Source of the DNA: an uncultured Gammaproteobacteria bacterium
Lineage (GTDB): Bacteria > Patescibacteriota > Microgenomatia > UBA1406 > HO2-37-13b
Length of the DNA stretch: 64,000 nt
Direction: 5' to 3'
Assembly: GCA_964612595.1 (NCBI GenBank)
Contig: CAZTFB010000002.1
Coordinates: 188,933 to 252,932, forward strand
Every line of letters begins with the position of its first letter. The first letter of the stretch is position 1. The notes below the pieces were generated by a model. It made no database searches, had not been told where the DNA came from, and was given only the letters and a program-made list of their open reading frames with translations. Below are positions 52,111 through 62,162 of the stretch, piece after piece. Made by a program: the position numbers and the translations under genes.

Positions 52111-54232
52111 TATATACGCGGGATGAGCCGGATATAGAAGTAAAAATAGGTTGTCCCAGAGCCCCAAACTTCTGTTCTTGTAGTTGTGGATATTTCTCTC
52201 GCTCATTAGGTCCCACCACCACATATTCAACTCCATATTTCTTGAGTAATACCGCTGTAGCGGCTTTATCGTTGCTCTGGTACATGTTCTGAATATCCGG
52301 AATAATACTACCGACCACGTCAGATGATCCTCTCCATAGCCATTCATGCACCCACCAACCAGCTACAGTAGGTAAACCCGTATATGAAGAGATCACATTA
52401 AAATCAGTATAGGAATCACCCTGGGCTTCAAGAATGGTTGGTTGTCCTTTGACTGATGTGTTAAAAAATTCAACTATCTCAGCGTTCTCAGGAAATGTTG
52501 CAGAAAGCCATTGTGTGCCATCTAGTGAGGTTGTAGGCTTGTTTCCGTAATAAGACTGTATCGCAAATGAAGGATATATTGCTACGAGGAGAAACAGTGG
52601 TATTGCAAGTACAAAATACACAATCCCGAGCGGTTTTTTTGTCTCATTTATCGTATCTTTAAACGAAATGAATGTGTAGGCTGATGCAAGCCCCATCATC
52701 ATAAATGCTTGATAGCCAAGCTTAAACATAGTGTTTGCGCGAAAATGAGCGGGATAAATGTCTTTTGCGTATGCAAATTCGGGTATGGCAATGAGCAAAG
52801 TGCCATAGGCAAAGAGCATAAGAATAAAATAGTCGGTGGCTTGGAGTGATTTTTTTATGGATGGATAGAGCCTCAAAACAAAGAAAATAAAATTGAACCA
52901 GAAGAAACCCCAGAGTGTTACGAGCATCCACCAGGGAGAAACCTGACAATTTCCGGATTCAAATAAAAATGGTCCAAAAGTTTTCATTTCGACAAGGAAT
53001 GCAGGCGCACAGTTAATGCCAATACCTGTCGCAAATGGTTCAAAATGCAAAGTGAACGGTAAGCTAAAAACAACGAATGATCCTACGAGAAGCGCCATAT
53101 ACAATAAAAAATCTTTCGAGAGTTTATATACAACAAAAAATAAAATTGAGGCCAATATGAGATAAATGGGCGCGTCGAAAGCGTTAGTCATGTAATGTAC
53201 GGCAATCATAAATCCGAAAAGTAATGCGTATACCCAATCGGGTATTTTCTCTTTTTTGTTTGTGCTGCCTTCGAAAAATAACCAAAGTAATAATAGGGTT
53301 AGTAACACAAATGGGATATCATAAACGTGGCCGTGTAAGTCGGCCACTACATATGAATAGAGTGGGAATTCATGAATGGTAAATGGTATAAAGCGCGTGG
53401 CGTTTGGATACCAATAATTTACCGATAATTTTTCAAATGCTGCAGATGGATTTTTCAGATCTTGGAGTGTGTATTTTGGCTTCAGTTCCCAAAGTGCAAC
53501 GGGTTTATCATTAGGATAACCTTCGGTAAGGGAATAAGTAGTATGAAGATTCCCTCCCAGATTAATTAAGAACATTGCAAGGACCGCAGTAAGAAAAGCG
53601 AGTTTGACGTTTTTTTTGAAGCCGACATAAGCTACGTTCAAGCCAAGAGAAAAACTCTGTGTTATCCCGAGCGCAAAAATAGTTGCTAATATGAGGTTGT
53701 AGGTAATATGTGAGGGAATATTGGATAGTTTAGTAAGAACGGCACCAGTTATATGTCCAAAGTAATAATAATTAATTGATTTTCCTGCTAACCATATATC
53801 TTTCGGTGGAAAGTATTCGCCTCTCAGCGCAGAGTTGGTAAAGCCAAAATCCATAAATTTCTCTAAGCCTCGAACTGACGGTTCTTGTCCGCGTACGTAT
53901 GCCCATATAAAAAGTGCAACGAGGAAGAGAAGTTCCTCAAAAACCCACATTTTCGTAATTTTGAAGTCTTTTTTTGTTTTGTTGAATATGAAAAGATTAA
54001 AGACACCTGCAACAGCACAAATACCAAAAAGCGTTAAAGATGTGAAAGGGGCAATTTTTATTGTGCCAAGAACAAATGTTGTGTAGGTGATGAGTAGGAT
54101 GCCGATAATTTTTGAGAATGCATAGCCTTGGTCATATAATCTACCAAAAAGTAAACGGGTTGTTGGAAGAAAGATGATACCGATTATGCTTATTACGACA
54201 TACCACCACAACGTAAATACTTGCCATTCCAT
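52091..54232 (-). CDS. DUF2298 / chlor_Arch_YYY-domain polytopic membrane protein
   Basis: More than 15 TM helices, the INYYYFGH (YYY) motif, and a large C-terminal extracytoplasmic domain. Confidence 0.75.
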   Translation of the reverse strand: MEWQVFTLWWYVVISIIGIIFLPTTRLLFGRLYDQGYAFSKIIGILLITYTTFVLGTIKIAPFTSLTLFGICAVAGVFNLFIFNKTKKDFKITKMWVFEELLFLVALFIWAYVRGQEPSVRGLEKFMDFGFTNSALRGEYFPPKDIWLAGKSINYYYFGHITGAVLTKLSNIPSHITYNLILATIFALGITQSFSLGLNVAYVGFKKNVKLAFLTAVLAMFLINLGGNLHTTYSLTEGYPNDKPVALWELKPKYTLQDLKNPSAAFEKLSVNYWYPNATRFIPFTIHEFPLYSYVVADLHGHVYDIPFVLLTLLLLWLFFEGSTNKKEKIPDWVYALLFGFMIAVHYMTNAFDAPIYLILASILFFVVYKLSKDFLLYMALLVGSFVVFSLPFTLHFEPFATGIGINCAPAFLVEMKTFGPFLFESGNCQVSPWWMLVTLWGFFWFNFIFFVLRLYPSIKKSLQATDYFILMLFAYGTLLIAIPEFAYAKDIYPAHFRANTMFKLGYQAFMMMGLASAYTFISFKDTINETKKPLGIVYFVLAIPLFLLVAIYPSFAIQSYYGNKPTTSLDGTQWLSATFPENAEIVEFFNTSVKGQPTILEAQGDSYTDFNVISSYTGLPTVAGWWVHEWLWRGSSDVVGSIIPDIQNMYQSNDKAATAVLLKKYGVEYVVVGPNEREKYPQLQEQKFGALGQPIFTSISGSSRVYKITLDR

Positions 54233-54275
54233 CCTGTTAAGATATCGCTTTTAGATTGAATTTGCAAGCTACATT

Positions 54276-54284
54276 TGCTATAGT
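54276..54284 (+). promoter_or_regulatory. Extended -10 (TGcTATAGT) 7 nt upstream of valS ATG
   Basis: TATAGT at 54279-54284, gap tgccggt, ATG at 54292. Confidence 0.45.
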
Positions 54285-54291
54285 TGCCGGT

Positions 54292-56409
54292 ATGCAGAAG
54301 ACGTTTACGCCGTCAGAATGGGAAGAAAAATTATACGCTCAATGGGAACGCGAAGGCACATTGACTGCAAAAAGTGACACAAAAAAGGAACCTTTCTCAA
54401 TAATTCTCCCTCCTCCTAATGCAAATGCCGATTTGCATGTTGGTCATGCAATGTATGTGTACGAGGATATTATGATTCGCTACCACAAACTCATGGGCAA
54501 GGAAGTTTTATGGCTTCCTGGCGCTGATCATGCAGGTTTTGAGACACAGTTTGTGTACGAAAAGCACCTTGCGAAGCAAGATAAAAGTCGCTTTGACTTC
54601 CCCCGCGACGTACTCTATAAAAACATTTGGGATTTTGTCATGCAAAACCGCGAAACAATGGAGAATCAGCTGAGAAAATTGGGTTTCGCGCTCGATTGGG
54701 AAAAGAAAAAGTTTACTCTTGATGCTGATATTGTCGAAATTGTGTACAAAACTTTTGAGCGAATGTTTAATGAGGGACTCGTTTATAGGGGGCACAGATT
54801 AGTTAATTACTGCTGGAAAGATGGCACCTCGTTTTCAGATTTGGAGGTAGCCGATAAGGAAATTCCCGACACAACCCCAATTGAAGCCGAAGGAGGTTTA
54901 TTTTACATAGATTATGAACTTGAAGGTGGTGGCGTTATTACTGTCGCAACGACGCGACCAGAGACTATGTTTGGTGATGCGGCAATTATGGTCCACCCTA
55001 CAGATACGAGATATGTGGACCATATTGGAAAAAAAGCCTACATTCCAGTTATTCGGAAGCCAATTCCTATTATTGCGGATGAATATGTAGATAAGAAGTT
55101 TGGGACTGGCGCTGTGAAAGTGACACCTCTACATGACTTTAATGACTATGAGGTGGCAAAGCGTCATGGCTTAGAAGGTATTCAGGTCATTGGGTTTGAT
55201 GGAAAAATCATGAATACGGGAACCTCGTACGACGGTTTACGTGTTTTAAAAGCAAGAATAGAGCTTCAAAATGAGCTAAATCTACGAGTCGAGAAGCACG
55301 CAAAAGTGCTTAAAGTGTGTTACAAATGTGGGAAAACATTAGAGCCACTACCAAAAGAACAATGGTTTATTAAGGTGCGTCCACTTGCAGAGAAAGCGAT
55401 GGAAGCTGTTGAGAATGGTGAAATTGAAGTTCACCCAAAACGCTTTAAGAAGGTGCTTGTTGACTGGCTTGATGGATTTCATGATTGGAATATTTCGAGG
55501 CAGATTGTATGGGGTATTCGTATTCCTGCCTATCAGTGTGGGAAAGACCACTCAGAGAATGGCTGGTTTGTTTCATTGGAGCAACCGAAGAAGTGTCAAA
55601 AATGTGGGAATGATTGTGGGTTTATCCAAGATGAGGATACTTTTGACACATGGTTTTCGTCATCTCAGTGGCCCTTTGCTACGTTGATCGCACAAAAAGA
55701 TAAGGGGTTATATGATACTTTTTATCCAACTACTGTCATGGAGACAGGATATGATATTCTCCCCCCTTGGGTAGCGCGTATGATTATGGTCGGTATCTTT
55801 ACAACTGGTAAAGTACCGTTCAAGCACATATATCTTCATGGCATGGTGCGGGATAAAAAGGGTCTCAAGATGAGCAAGAGCAAAGGTAACGTCGTGAATC
55901 CGCTCGTCATGGTTGATAAATTTGGGGCGGATGCGCTACGTGCTACGCTTGTGTTCCAAACAACACCAGGCGGTGATGTGAGTTTTGCTGAAGACAAAAT
56001 TATCGGTATGCGTAATTTTGCGAATAAAATCTGGAATATTGGAAGACTCATAAAAATGAATGAAGAGGAAGATAAGAAAGACAGTAGTGAACCCTCACAA
56101 GACGCGATAAAAGCTTTGGATGAGCTTAAAAAGGCCCATGAAGCTCTCGAAAAATCAGTTCATAAGAATATGAAGAACTTTGAATTTGCCCGTGCGTTTG
56201 ACGACATGTATGAGTTTGTCTGGCATCAGTTTGCCGACATATATATTGAGCGGTTGAAAGAAGAGGTCCGATCTGGTAATATAAAGGTTCTTGGGGAGAT
56301 GAAAAACGTCTTTTCTACCGACCTCAAGCTTCTCCATCCTTACATGCCGTTTGTAACTGAAGCGGTATGGAAAGAACTATATGGCGAAGAAGCATCAGTT
56401 TTTGATTAA
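54292..56409 (+). CDS. valS: Valyl-tRNA synthetase (short form lacking the C-terminal coiled coil)
   Basis: [14 protein letters not shown] (HIGH), [14 protein letters not shown] and KMSKSKGN. About 705 aa from ATG 54292. Confidence 0.85.
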   Translation: MQKTFTPSEWEEKLYAQWEREGTLTAKSDTKKEPFSIILPPPNANADLHVGHAMYVYEDIMIRYHKLMGKEVLWLPGADHAGFETQFVYEKHLAKQDKSRFDFPRDVLYKNIWDFVMQNRETMENQLRKLGFALDWEKKKFTLDADIVEIVYKTFERMFNEGLVYRGHRLVNYCWKDGTSFSDLEVADKEIPDTTPIEAEGGLFYIDYELEGGGVITVATTRPETMFGDAAIMVHPTDTRYVDHIGKKAYIPVIRKPIPIIADEYVDKKFGTGAVKVTPLHDFNDYEVAKRHGLEGIQVIGFDGKIMNTGTSYDGLRVLKARIELQNELNLRVEKHAKVLKVCYKCGKTLEPLPKEQWFIKVRPLAEKAMEAVENGEIEVHPKRFKKVLVDWLDGFHDWNISRQIVWGIRIPAYQCGKDHSENGWFVSLEQPKKCQKCGNDCGFIQDEDTFDTWFSSSQWPFATLIAQKDKGLYDTFYPTTVMETGYDILPPWVARMIMVGIFTTGKVPFKHIYLHGMVRDKKGLKMSKSKGNVVNPLVMVDKFGADALRATLVFQTTPGGDVSFAEDKIIGMRNFANKIWNIGRLIKMNEEEDKKDSSEPSQDAIKALDELKKAHEALEKSVHKNMKNFEFARAFDDMYEFVWHQFADIYIERLKEEVRSGNIKVLGEMKNVFSTDLKLLHPYMPFVTEAVWKELYGEEASVFD

Positions 56410-56414
56410 CCAAC

Positions 56415-56552
56415 ATGCCAAAACGAACATATCAACCTAAAAAACTTAAGCGCCTGCGCAAGCATGGGTTTTTAACAAAAAATAGTACCGCAGATGGCAG
56501 AGCGACACTCAAAAGACGACGTCTAAAAGGTCGAGCCTCTATTGCGCTTTAA
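56415..56552 (+). CDS. rpmH: 50S ribosomal protein L34
   Basis: [45 protein letters not shown] matches the L34 pattern (MKRTfQPs...R...HGFr.Rm.t..Gr.vl..RR.KGR..L). It falls below the ORF-track cutoff. Confidence 0.9.
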   Translation: MPKRTYQPKKLKRLRKHGFLTKNSTADGRATLKRRRLKGRASIAL

Positions 56553-56558
56553 TAATAT

Positions 56559-57368
56559 ATGGGTATTGGGGCTTTATATAATCTACTCCTCGTTAATCCA
56601 ACGATCAACTTTCTGTTGTTGTTTATTTTTATATTTTCAACGTGGCATATTCCCGGAGCTTTCGGATGGGCAATCATTGCACTTACCATAACTATTCGAT
56701 TACTGCTTAATCCTCTTTTTGCAAAGCAAATGAAAACAGCACGAGATATTGAAATGCTTCGCCCAAAGCTTGCAGAACTCACTGAAAAATATAAGAATGA
56801 CAAACAACGCCTTCAGCAAGAACAAATGAAGCTCTATAAGGACCAGGGCATAAATCCTGCATCTGGCTGTCTTACCGCATTAATCCAAATGCCAGTATTC
56901 ATCGCACTTTACCACGTCTTACAACTTTTCTTGACGACCGATGTGTCAAAAATTCTTCAAGAGGTAAATGCAGTTGCGTACACCGATCTTATTAGAATAA
57001 CCACCATCGATCCTTGGTTTTTTGGATTTAACCTGGCAGCAAGCCCTTCACAGTTTCAAAAATTAGGATGGTACTACCTGATTATCCCTGTTGTGACAGC
57101 ATTTCTTCAGTATAAGCAGCTCAGTATTCAGTCACCATCACCTAAGAAGAAGGTTGTGGTAGAAACGAAAAAACTATCAAAAGGAAAAGATAAAGAAGTA
57201 AAGAAAGATGATGCTGACGATATGCAAGCTGCTATGGCGAAACAGATGAAGTTTATGTTCCCGCTTATGATTGGTTACTTCTCCTTTGTCTTCCCAATAG
57301 GGCTTGCCTTATATTGGAACATTTTCTCATTGTTTAGTATTCTTACAAGTAAAAAATCATCAACATGA
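56559..57368 (+). CDS. yidC: Membrane protein insertase YidC/Oxa1 family
   Basis: LLNPLFAKQMKTARDIEMLRPKLAELTEKYKNDKQRLQQEQMKLYKDQGINPASGCL..LIQMPVFIALY. Confidence 0.9.
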   Translation: MGIGALYNLLLVNPTINFLLLFIFIFSTWHIPGAFGWAIIALTITIRLLLNPLFAKQMKTARDIEMLRPKLAELTEKYKNDKQRLQQEQMKLYKDQGINPASGCLTALIQMPVFIALYHVLQLFLTTDVSKILQEVNAVAYTDLIRITTIDPWFFGFNLAASPSQFQKLGWYYLIIPVVTAFLQYKQLSIQSPSPKKKVVVETKKLSKGKDKEVKKDDADDMQAAMAKQMKFMFPLMIGYFSFVFPIGLALYWNIFSLFSILTSKKSST

Positions 57369-57823
57369 ACCATACAGAGGAGATCGTACAACTAACCAAA
57401 GAACTTATTGAGCAACTTGGTTTTAAAGCTGAGGTCGAAATAAAGCTCGAAGATGGCATGTATTATGTACATCTTCGTACAGAAGATGATGCGTCTCTTT
57501 TGATCGGCAAGCATTCACGTATGCTTGCATCGCTTCAGAGAGTGCTCTCTGCAATGTTGTTTCAGAAACTTGGCGAGAAGGTAGATGTCCTTTTGGATGT
57601 GAACGATTATCGAGAGGCTCAAAAGGAGCGCCTCATCGGTATTGCAAACAACGTCGCGCAACGTGTTATAGACGAACAAAGAGACGCGCGACTTGCCTCA
57701 TTTTCTGCATACGAGCGACGTATTATCCATGAGCATATCGCCGAAAACTATCAGTCGCTCGAATCTCATTCAGAGGGTGAAGGTGTCGATCGCAATTTGG
57801 TCATTGCAATAAAAAAATCCTAA
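57365..57823 (+). CDS. jag: Jag/KhpB-like RNA-binding protein (KH + R3H)
   Basis: R3H segment SFSAYERRIIHEHIAEN, located downstream of yidC. ATGA overlap. Confidence 0.8.
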   Translation: MNHTEEIVQLTKELIEQLGFKAEVEIKLEDGMYYVHLRTEDDASLLIGKHSRMLASLQRVLSAMLFQKLGEKVDVLLDVNDYREAQKERLIGIANNVAQRVIDEQRDARLASFSAYERRIIHEHIAENYQSLESHSEGEGVDRNLVIAIKKS

Positions 57824-57894
57824 GTTCCTCCTAATCCTTGAATTGGGGTTGGCAAATCCCTATACTCTATTCCATACCTTTTATGCGTTGTATG

Positions 57895-57903
57895 TGGTAT
57901 AAT
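57895..57903 (+). promoter_or_regulatory. Extended -10 (TGgTATAAT) upstream of the 57924 ORF / giant gene
   Basis: TG at 57895-57896 and TATAAT at 57898-57903, 20 nt before ATG 57924. Confidence 0.45.
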
Positions 57904-57923
57904 ACTATAAGTCGTAATTAACG

Positions 57924-58166
57924 ATGAAGGCTACACAATATCAGTATCAGAATGTACTGTTTATCATATTAGCCTTAGGCGCGGTCTTTTTACTGGCTCC
58001 ATTTCTCCTCGCATTCGACTCTCTTTTCTATATGATAGTTCGACCGTCTTGTCTCCAGTGTGGCGCATTATCAAGCTTTTTAAAATCTCAATCACTAACT
58101 GCTGCAATGCTTTCATCATTGAACATTTATTCATTTAAACAAATCGCTCATGACAAACGGACCTGA
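57924..58166 (+). CDS. 80-aa membrane protein preceding the giant gene
   Basis: TM helix VLFIILALGAVFLLAPFLLAF. Its end overlaps the ATG of the 1328-aa gene by 17 nt. Confidence 0.35.
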   Translation: MKATQYQYQNVLFIILALGAVFLLAPFLLAFDSLFYMIVRPSCLQCGALSSFLKSQSLTAAMLSSLNIYSFKQIAHDKRT

Positions 58167-61100
58167 ACAAGGGAGAAATCAAGAATCGCCACTACAGCGA
58201 AAGATTCGAGAAACACGTGAAAATATTAAGAAAGTTCTGGGTGGGATTGACAGTGACACAGCAAGAAGCGAAGAAGATAAAAAAAAGAGTAAGGAAGAAA
58301 TCCTTAAGACTTCGCGTGAAGAACTAAATAGACATCTTGAAAAGCACGAGAACGTACCTGATGATCGCCGTGATCCAGATAAGGCAGCGGAGGACGTGAT
58401 GACACATGTGGCTGAGCTAGCCGAACTAGTGGAACAAAAAGTTGTACCGCACCTTCCTGAAATTGCAGGCGCAGTCGTTACGGCACTTGCTACAAAAAAA
58501 TTCTCTCCGAGAAAGGCACTACTGATTGGAAAAATTGTGAGCGAGATTATTGGCTCAGAACAATTTAAAGCGACCACTGAAGCAGGATCTGAGGCAGTAA
58601 AAAAGAAGCTGCGCGATCTTGCTGACAGCCTGCGAGGTGGAGGACAAGATGATATTGCTGAAGTTGTTGCAGAACAATTAGGTCCCCCAGAGCCGCCAAA
58701 ACCACCAGAAAATCCTCCTAATCAACCTGGTATGCCTGAGTATGGCGAAGATCCTGGTGACGATCATGAGCCAATAGAGAAGTATCTAAATAGTCACTAT
58801 CGAAGAATTAAATCCACTCGAGATCCTACCACGGGCAAAATTATAGAAGGTAATGCTGATTGGCTTGATATTGAAGAGCGCAAGGCAAATGGGGGTGGGT
58901 ATATGGGTATGACTGCTGAACATCAGAAAAGTTTACTTGGTGTCGCGATTGTTAATCAGATTGATTTGACGCGTTCACAACGGGTTGTTATACGTGCATT
59001 TGATGGCGGCGATGAATTCAAGGCTTATTTTATGGCGACGAAAGAGATGCTTACCGAGAAAATGAGAGCTTCAGGAAAGCTTCAGCCGACAGAGACTGCA
59101 GATATAAATCAAGTTTATAAAGAAATGAGCGGTCATGTTAAGGAGCTAGTCCGTGAGCTGCTTTCATCACTAAGTGGAACTGTTGATCAAGCGAATGCAA
59201 AGGAATCTCGTTATATCGCCCTTCTCGTTGATCGTATATCTCGTAATATTCGTACAGAAATAACGGGTGATGTTGATATGGATGTACCTGGATCAATTAA
59301 GCTCGAAGGAACTGATGCATTCTTGCCCGCAGAAGGTCAAACAAATTCGAATCGTGATCTTGCCGAAGATGATTGGGGCAACCTTGTTGGTGGCATGGGT
59401 GAGTATCTCGTGCCTCGTAATGTTCAAGTCTCTATGAGCGAGGCACTTGTTGACGATCTTGCGGCTACACTTACAAAACTTCAAAAAATAACTGTTGGAT
59501 TTCACAATGCCAGAACAAACGCATATTCCCTTGGAAGTCATGAAGAATTAGGGCAGCAGTTAAAGAAAGATGGTGTTAAACCCGCGGATATTGTATGGGC
59601 CTTCAAAAAAGAAGAAGATATAAATCTAGCGTATAATTTACTTATTCAGAGTCTTCAGCAACTTAAATCACAAACTGCACGCACAATAACCGAACGTTAC
59701 GGTTCGATGTCAAAAGTGAGAGGTTTTACTGAGGCTGAATATCGAGCATGGATACAATTACTTTCGCTTGATGATGGCTATCGAAAAGCTGAGATTGCTT
59801 ACAAGTTAGCAAAAGAAGCTGGTGATAAAGCAAAAGAAAAGCTGTACAAAAAGGGTATAGACAGTATTATGCGTCAAAAGGAACGTGCTATAAAAATGGC
59901 AAGTGGTATTGCATGGGGTCATAGTAGAGAGGCTTGGGGAGTGCTTCTGGATGCAAAATTACTTACGAAACGTGAGGGAAAGGGGACAGAAGATGACCCG
60001 TACACGATTGGGCAACACTATGGTGGTTCCCAGTCAACCGGTATTGAAAAAATGCTTGCCGAACTACATCCAGCAACGAGTGATGATCGTTGGGGAAGAG
60101 ATAAGGTTGCTCCAATATGGATGCTCTACCAACCACGTGACCTTGAGGCGGCAGAGACGGGTTGGAAGCGTGATGAGGTGTTTACACATACCCGACTTTA
60201 CGATCTTTATGATCAACATCAAAAAGCGTTCTATTCAGGCCGCTCTGATGATCTTGCTGACTTTGATGATCAGTATGTCACACTGCATGAGTTTGCAAAT
60301 GTGACTTCACTCCATATGCTGCGTAGAGAAGGATGGCGACTTCGACAATACGAACATTATCTTAATCAATACGCTAAAGATGCTGAAGCAGAGGGTCTCA
60401 AAGGGATGGACAAACATGAATATATGATGAAGCGACTTATGATAAGGGGCGGGCCAAGACTGGTCAAAATGTATATCGATAAAAAGGTAGGCGACATGTT
60501 GGAGGTGGACAATGGTGCTGACAAAAGCATGGCAAGACGACTTAAGAAAGGTAAGAAGGCTGAAGATGGTGAAAAAAAGATTGGCAAGGAATTTTCATGG
60601 CAAAAGAAGGCTCTTGAAGAAGCGCGCAAAGCAAAACAGTATGGACTTGAAAGATATTATGCAAAATATATTTTTGATGACCTATCTAAACGCTTTGCGA
60701 CAAGTTTAATTGCGTTTGAACAACCTCGCTATATGCCAATGAATGAGAAAACTCTATATACAACACTCAACTCATTCATTGAAACTCAACCTTTCTTAAA
60801 GGATCTCCCTCCTGGAGTAATACAAACAGAGGTATACCCTATTTATATTGATGCTATTCATACAATTGAACGACATAAATGGGAAGGAATTACGAAAGAT
60901 AAAAGTGGCTCTAAGAAGGATCAGATCGCTCGACAAATCGCAGATCCAAAAGACATATCATCAGCAGATTTTAATGATCCAAACATTAAAGCGAAGTTAA
61001 AAACACATTTTAAGCTTAATAATGAACGTATGGGTGAGATCACAGATAAAATGTATTCTTTAACAAATGCAAAAACAGATGCTGAAATGGATCAAGCTTT

Positions 61101-62136
61101 TGAAGAATACTATGGCTCACTGATGAAATTCCATGAAAAGTTGCTTGAAGAGCGTGATAAAGATCGCTACAACAGAGTAGGTGGTAGGAATAAAAAGAGA
61201 GAATCGTTATCAAAACGGTATGCGCACATGTTGGCTATTAAACAAGGTGGTATAGATCAAGCCCTTGGTGGTTCCTACTTCGATTTTTCGCTTGAGATTC
61301 AACAAGGTGGTGTTGATGCGATTAATCGATTAAGTGGAGATGTTGTCAAATCTGCCAAAATGACCGAGGCCTGGGAAGAGCTTGCAGGTGATGGTGGAGC
61401 TATTGAAAAATTTGCTATGAGCGGGGCAAGCACAGAGGATGAAATAAAAAGTGGCGCAAAGGCAATCGGCGAGGCAATAGCTAAAATTTCTCAATACCCC
61501 TATTCTTTCAGCCCTGAACAAGGTAATGAATATAAAATACGACACGAAATTTTTTGGGCACGTGCATTTGAAAAACCTCGAGTATTTAGGGGGCTTTTAG
61601 GCCCGCTCCACGAAGTAAACTGGAAAAGCGGAGGAGGTGGTCAGTCGAGTCTGATTGCCGAGTATTATCAGAAGGTTTTTGGACGAACGAATGTGACTGC
61701 TCTAGATGCAGATCAACTTCGTACGATGCTCGATGAATTTGAACATGTGCTTAAGGTACCGCCACGAAGATTTGAGGTAGATGAGTATGAGAGTGTTTCA
61801 GACATGAATGTTGTTCGAAGAGGTATTCGAAGAGTTGAGGATTTTACCCGTCATGTCCCATTGGTGGGGCCATTGATTCGTGGAACGCTGCGCTCATTGA
61901 CAAGCCCTCTTACGGAAGCCCATGTAAAAGAATACAGAATTCAACACTACAACCAAGATCTCGCACTTCGAGAGATGGGCGCACGCAACAGAGATGTCTT
62001 TAGAGAGAAACTACTTTCATGGGATTCTCTTGCGCTTTTAGCATCAATCTTTTTGGGTTATGCAAAAAAAGCAGACGATGTCAAAGGCCTTGGTGGAGGC
62101 GGCGGTGGAGGTGGTGGCAGCAAGGGTCATCACTAG
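58150..62136 (+). CDS. 1328-aa orphan protein (charged, helical; poly-Gly C-terminus)
   Basis: Uninterrupted 3987-nt ORF. I saw no Walker A, HExxH or other catalytic motif. PEPPKPPENPPNQP linker near aa 180, hydrophobic LLSWDSLALLASIFLGY near the C-terminus, and it ends in GLGGGGGGGGGSKGHH. Confidence 0.8.
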   Translation: MTNGPEQGRNQESPLQRKIRETRENIKKVLGGIDSDTARSEEDKKKSKEEILKTSREELNRHLEKHENVPDDRRDPDKAAEDVMTHVAELAELVEQKVVPHLPEIAGAVVTALATKKFSPRKALLIGKIVSEIIGSEQFKATTEAGSEAVKKKLRDLADSLRGGGQDDIAEVVAEQLGPPEPPKPPENPPNQPGMPEYGEDPGDDHEPIEKYLNSHYRRIKSTRDPTTGKIIEGNADWLDIEERKANGGGYMGMTAEHQKSLLGVAIVNQIDLTRSQRVVIRAFDGGDEFKAYFMATKEMLTEKMRASGKLQPTETADINQVYKEMSGHVKELVRELLSSLSGTVDQANAKESRYIALLVDRISRNIRTEITGDVDMDVPGSIKLEGTDAFLPAEGQTNSNRDLAEDDWGNLVGGMGEYLVPRNVQVSMSEALVDDLAATLTKLQKITVGFHNARTNAYSLGSHEELGQQLKKDGVKPADIVWAFKKEEDINLAYNLLIQSLQQLKSQTARTITERYGSMSKVRGFTEAEYRAWIQLLSLDDGYRKAEIAYKLAKEAGDKAKEKLYKKGIDSIMRQKERAIKMASGIAWGHSREAWGVLLDAKLLTKREGKGTEDDPYTIGQHYGGSQSTGIEKMLAELHPATSDDRWGRDKVAPIWMLYQPRDLEAAETGWKRDEVFTHTRLYDLYDQHQKAFYSGRSDDLADFDDQYVTLHEFANVTSLHMLRREGWRLRQYEHYLNQYAKDAEAEGLKGMDKHEYMMKRLMIRGGPRLVKMYIDKKVGDMLEVDNGADKSMARRLKKGKKAEDGEKKIGKEFSWQKKALEEARKAKQYGLERYYAKYIFDDLSKRFATSLIAFEQPRYMPMNEKTLYTTLNSFIETQPFLKDLPPGVIQTEVYPIYIDAIHTIERHKWEGITKDKSGSKKDQIARQIADPKDISSADFNDPNIKAKLKTHFKLNNERMGEITDKMYSLTNAKTDAEMDQAFEEYYGSLMKFHEKLLEERDKDRYNRVGGRNKKRESLSKRYAHMLAIKQGGIDQALGGSYFDFSLEIQQGGVDAINRLSGDVVKSAKMTEAWEELAGDGGAIEKFAMSGASTEDEIKSGAKAIGEAIAKISQYPYSFSPEQGNEYKIRHEIFWARAFEKPRVFRGLLGPLHEVNWKSGGGGQSSLIAEYYQKVFGRTNVTALDADQLRTMLDEFEHVLKVPPRRFEVDEYESVSDMNVVRRGIRRVEDFTRHVPLVGPLIRGTLRSLTSPLTEAHVKEYRIQHYNQDLALREMGARNRDVFREKLLSWDSLALLASIFLGYAKKADDVKGLGGGGGGGGGSKGHH

Positions 62137-62147
62137 GCGTCTATTTT

Positions 62148-62156
62148 TGGTATAGT
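62148..62156 (+). promoter_or_regulatory. Extended -10 (TGgTATAGT) 6 nt upstream of ATG 62163
   Basis: TATAGT at 62151-62156, gap agtggt, then ATG. Confidence 0.45.
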
Positions 62157-62162
62157 AGTGGT

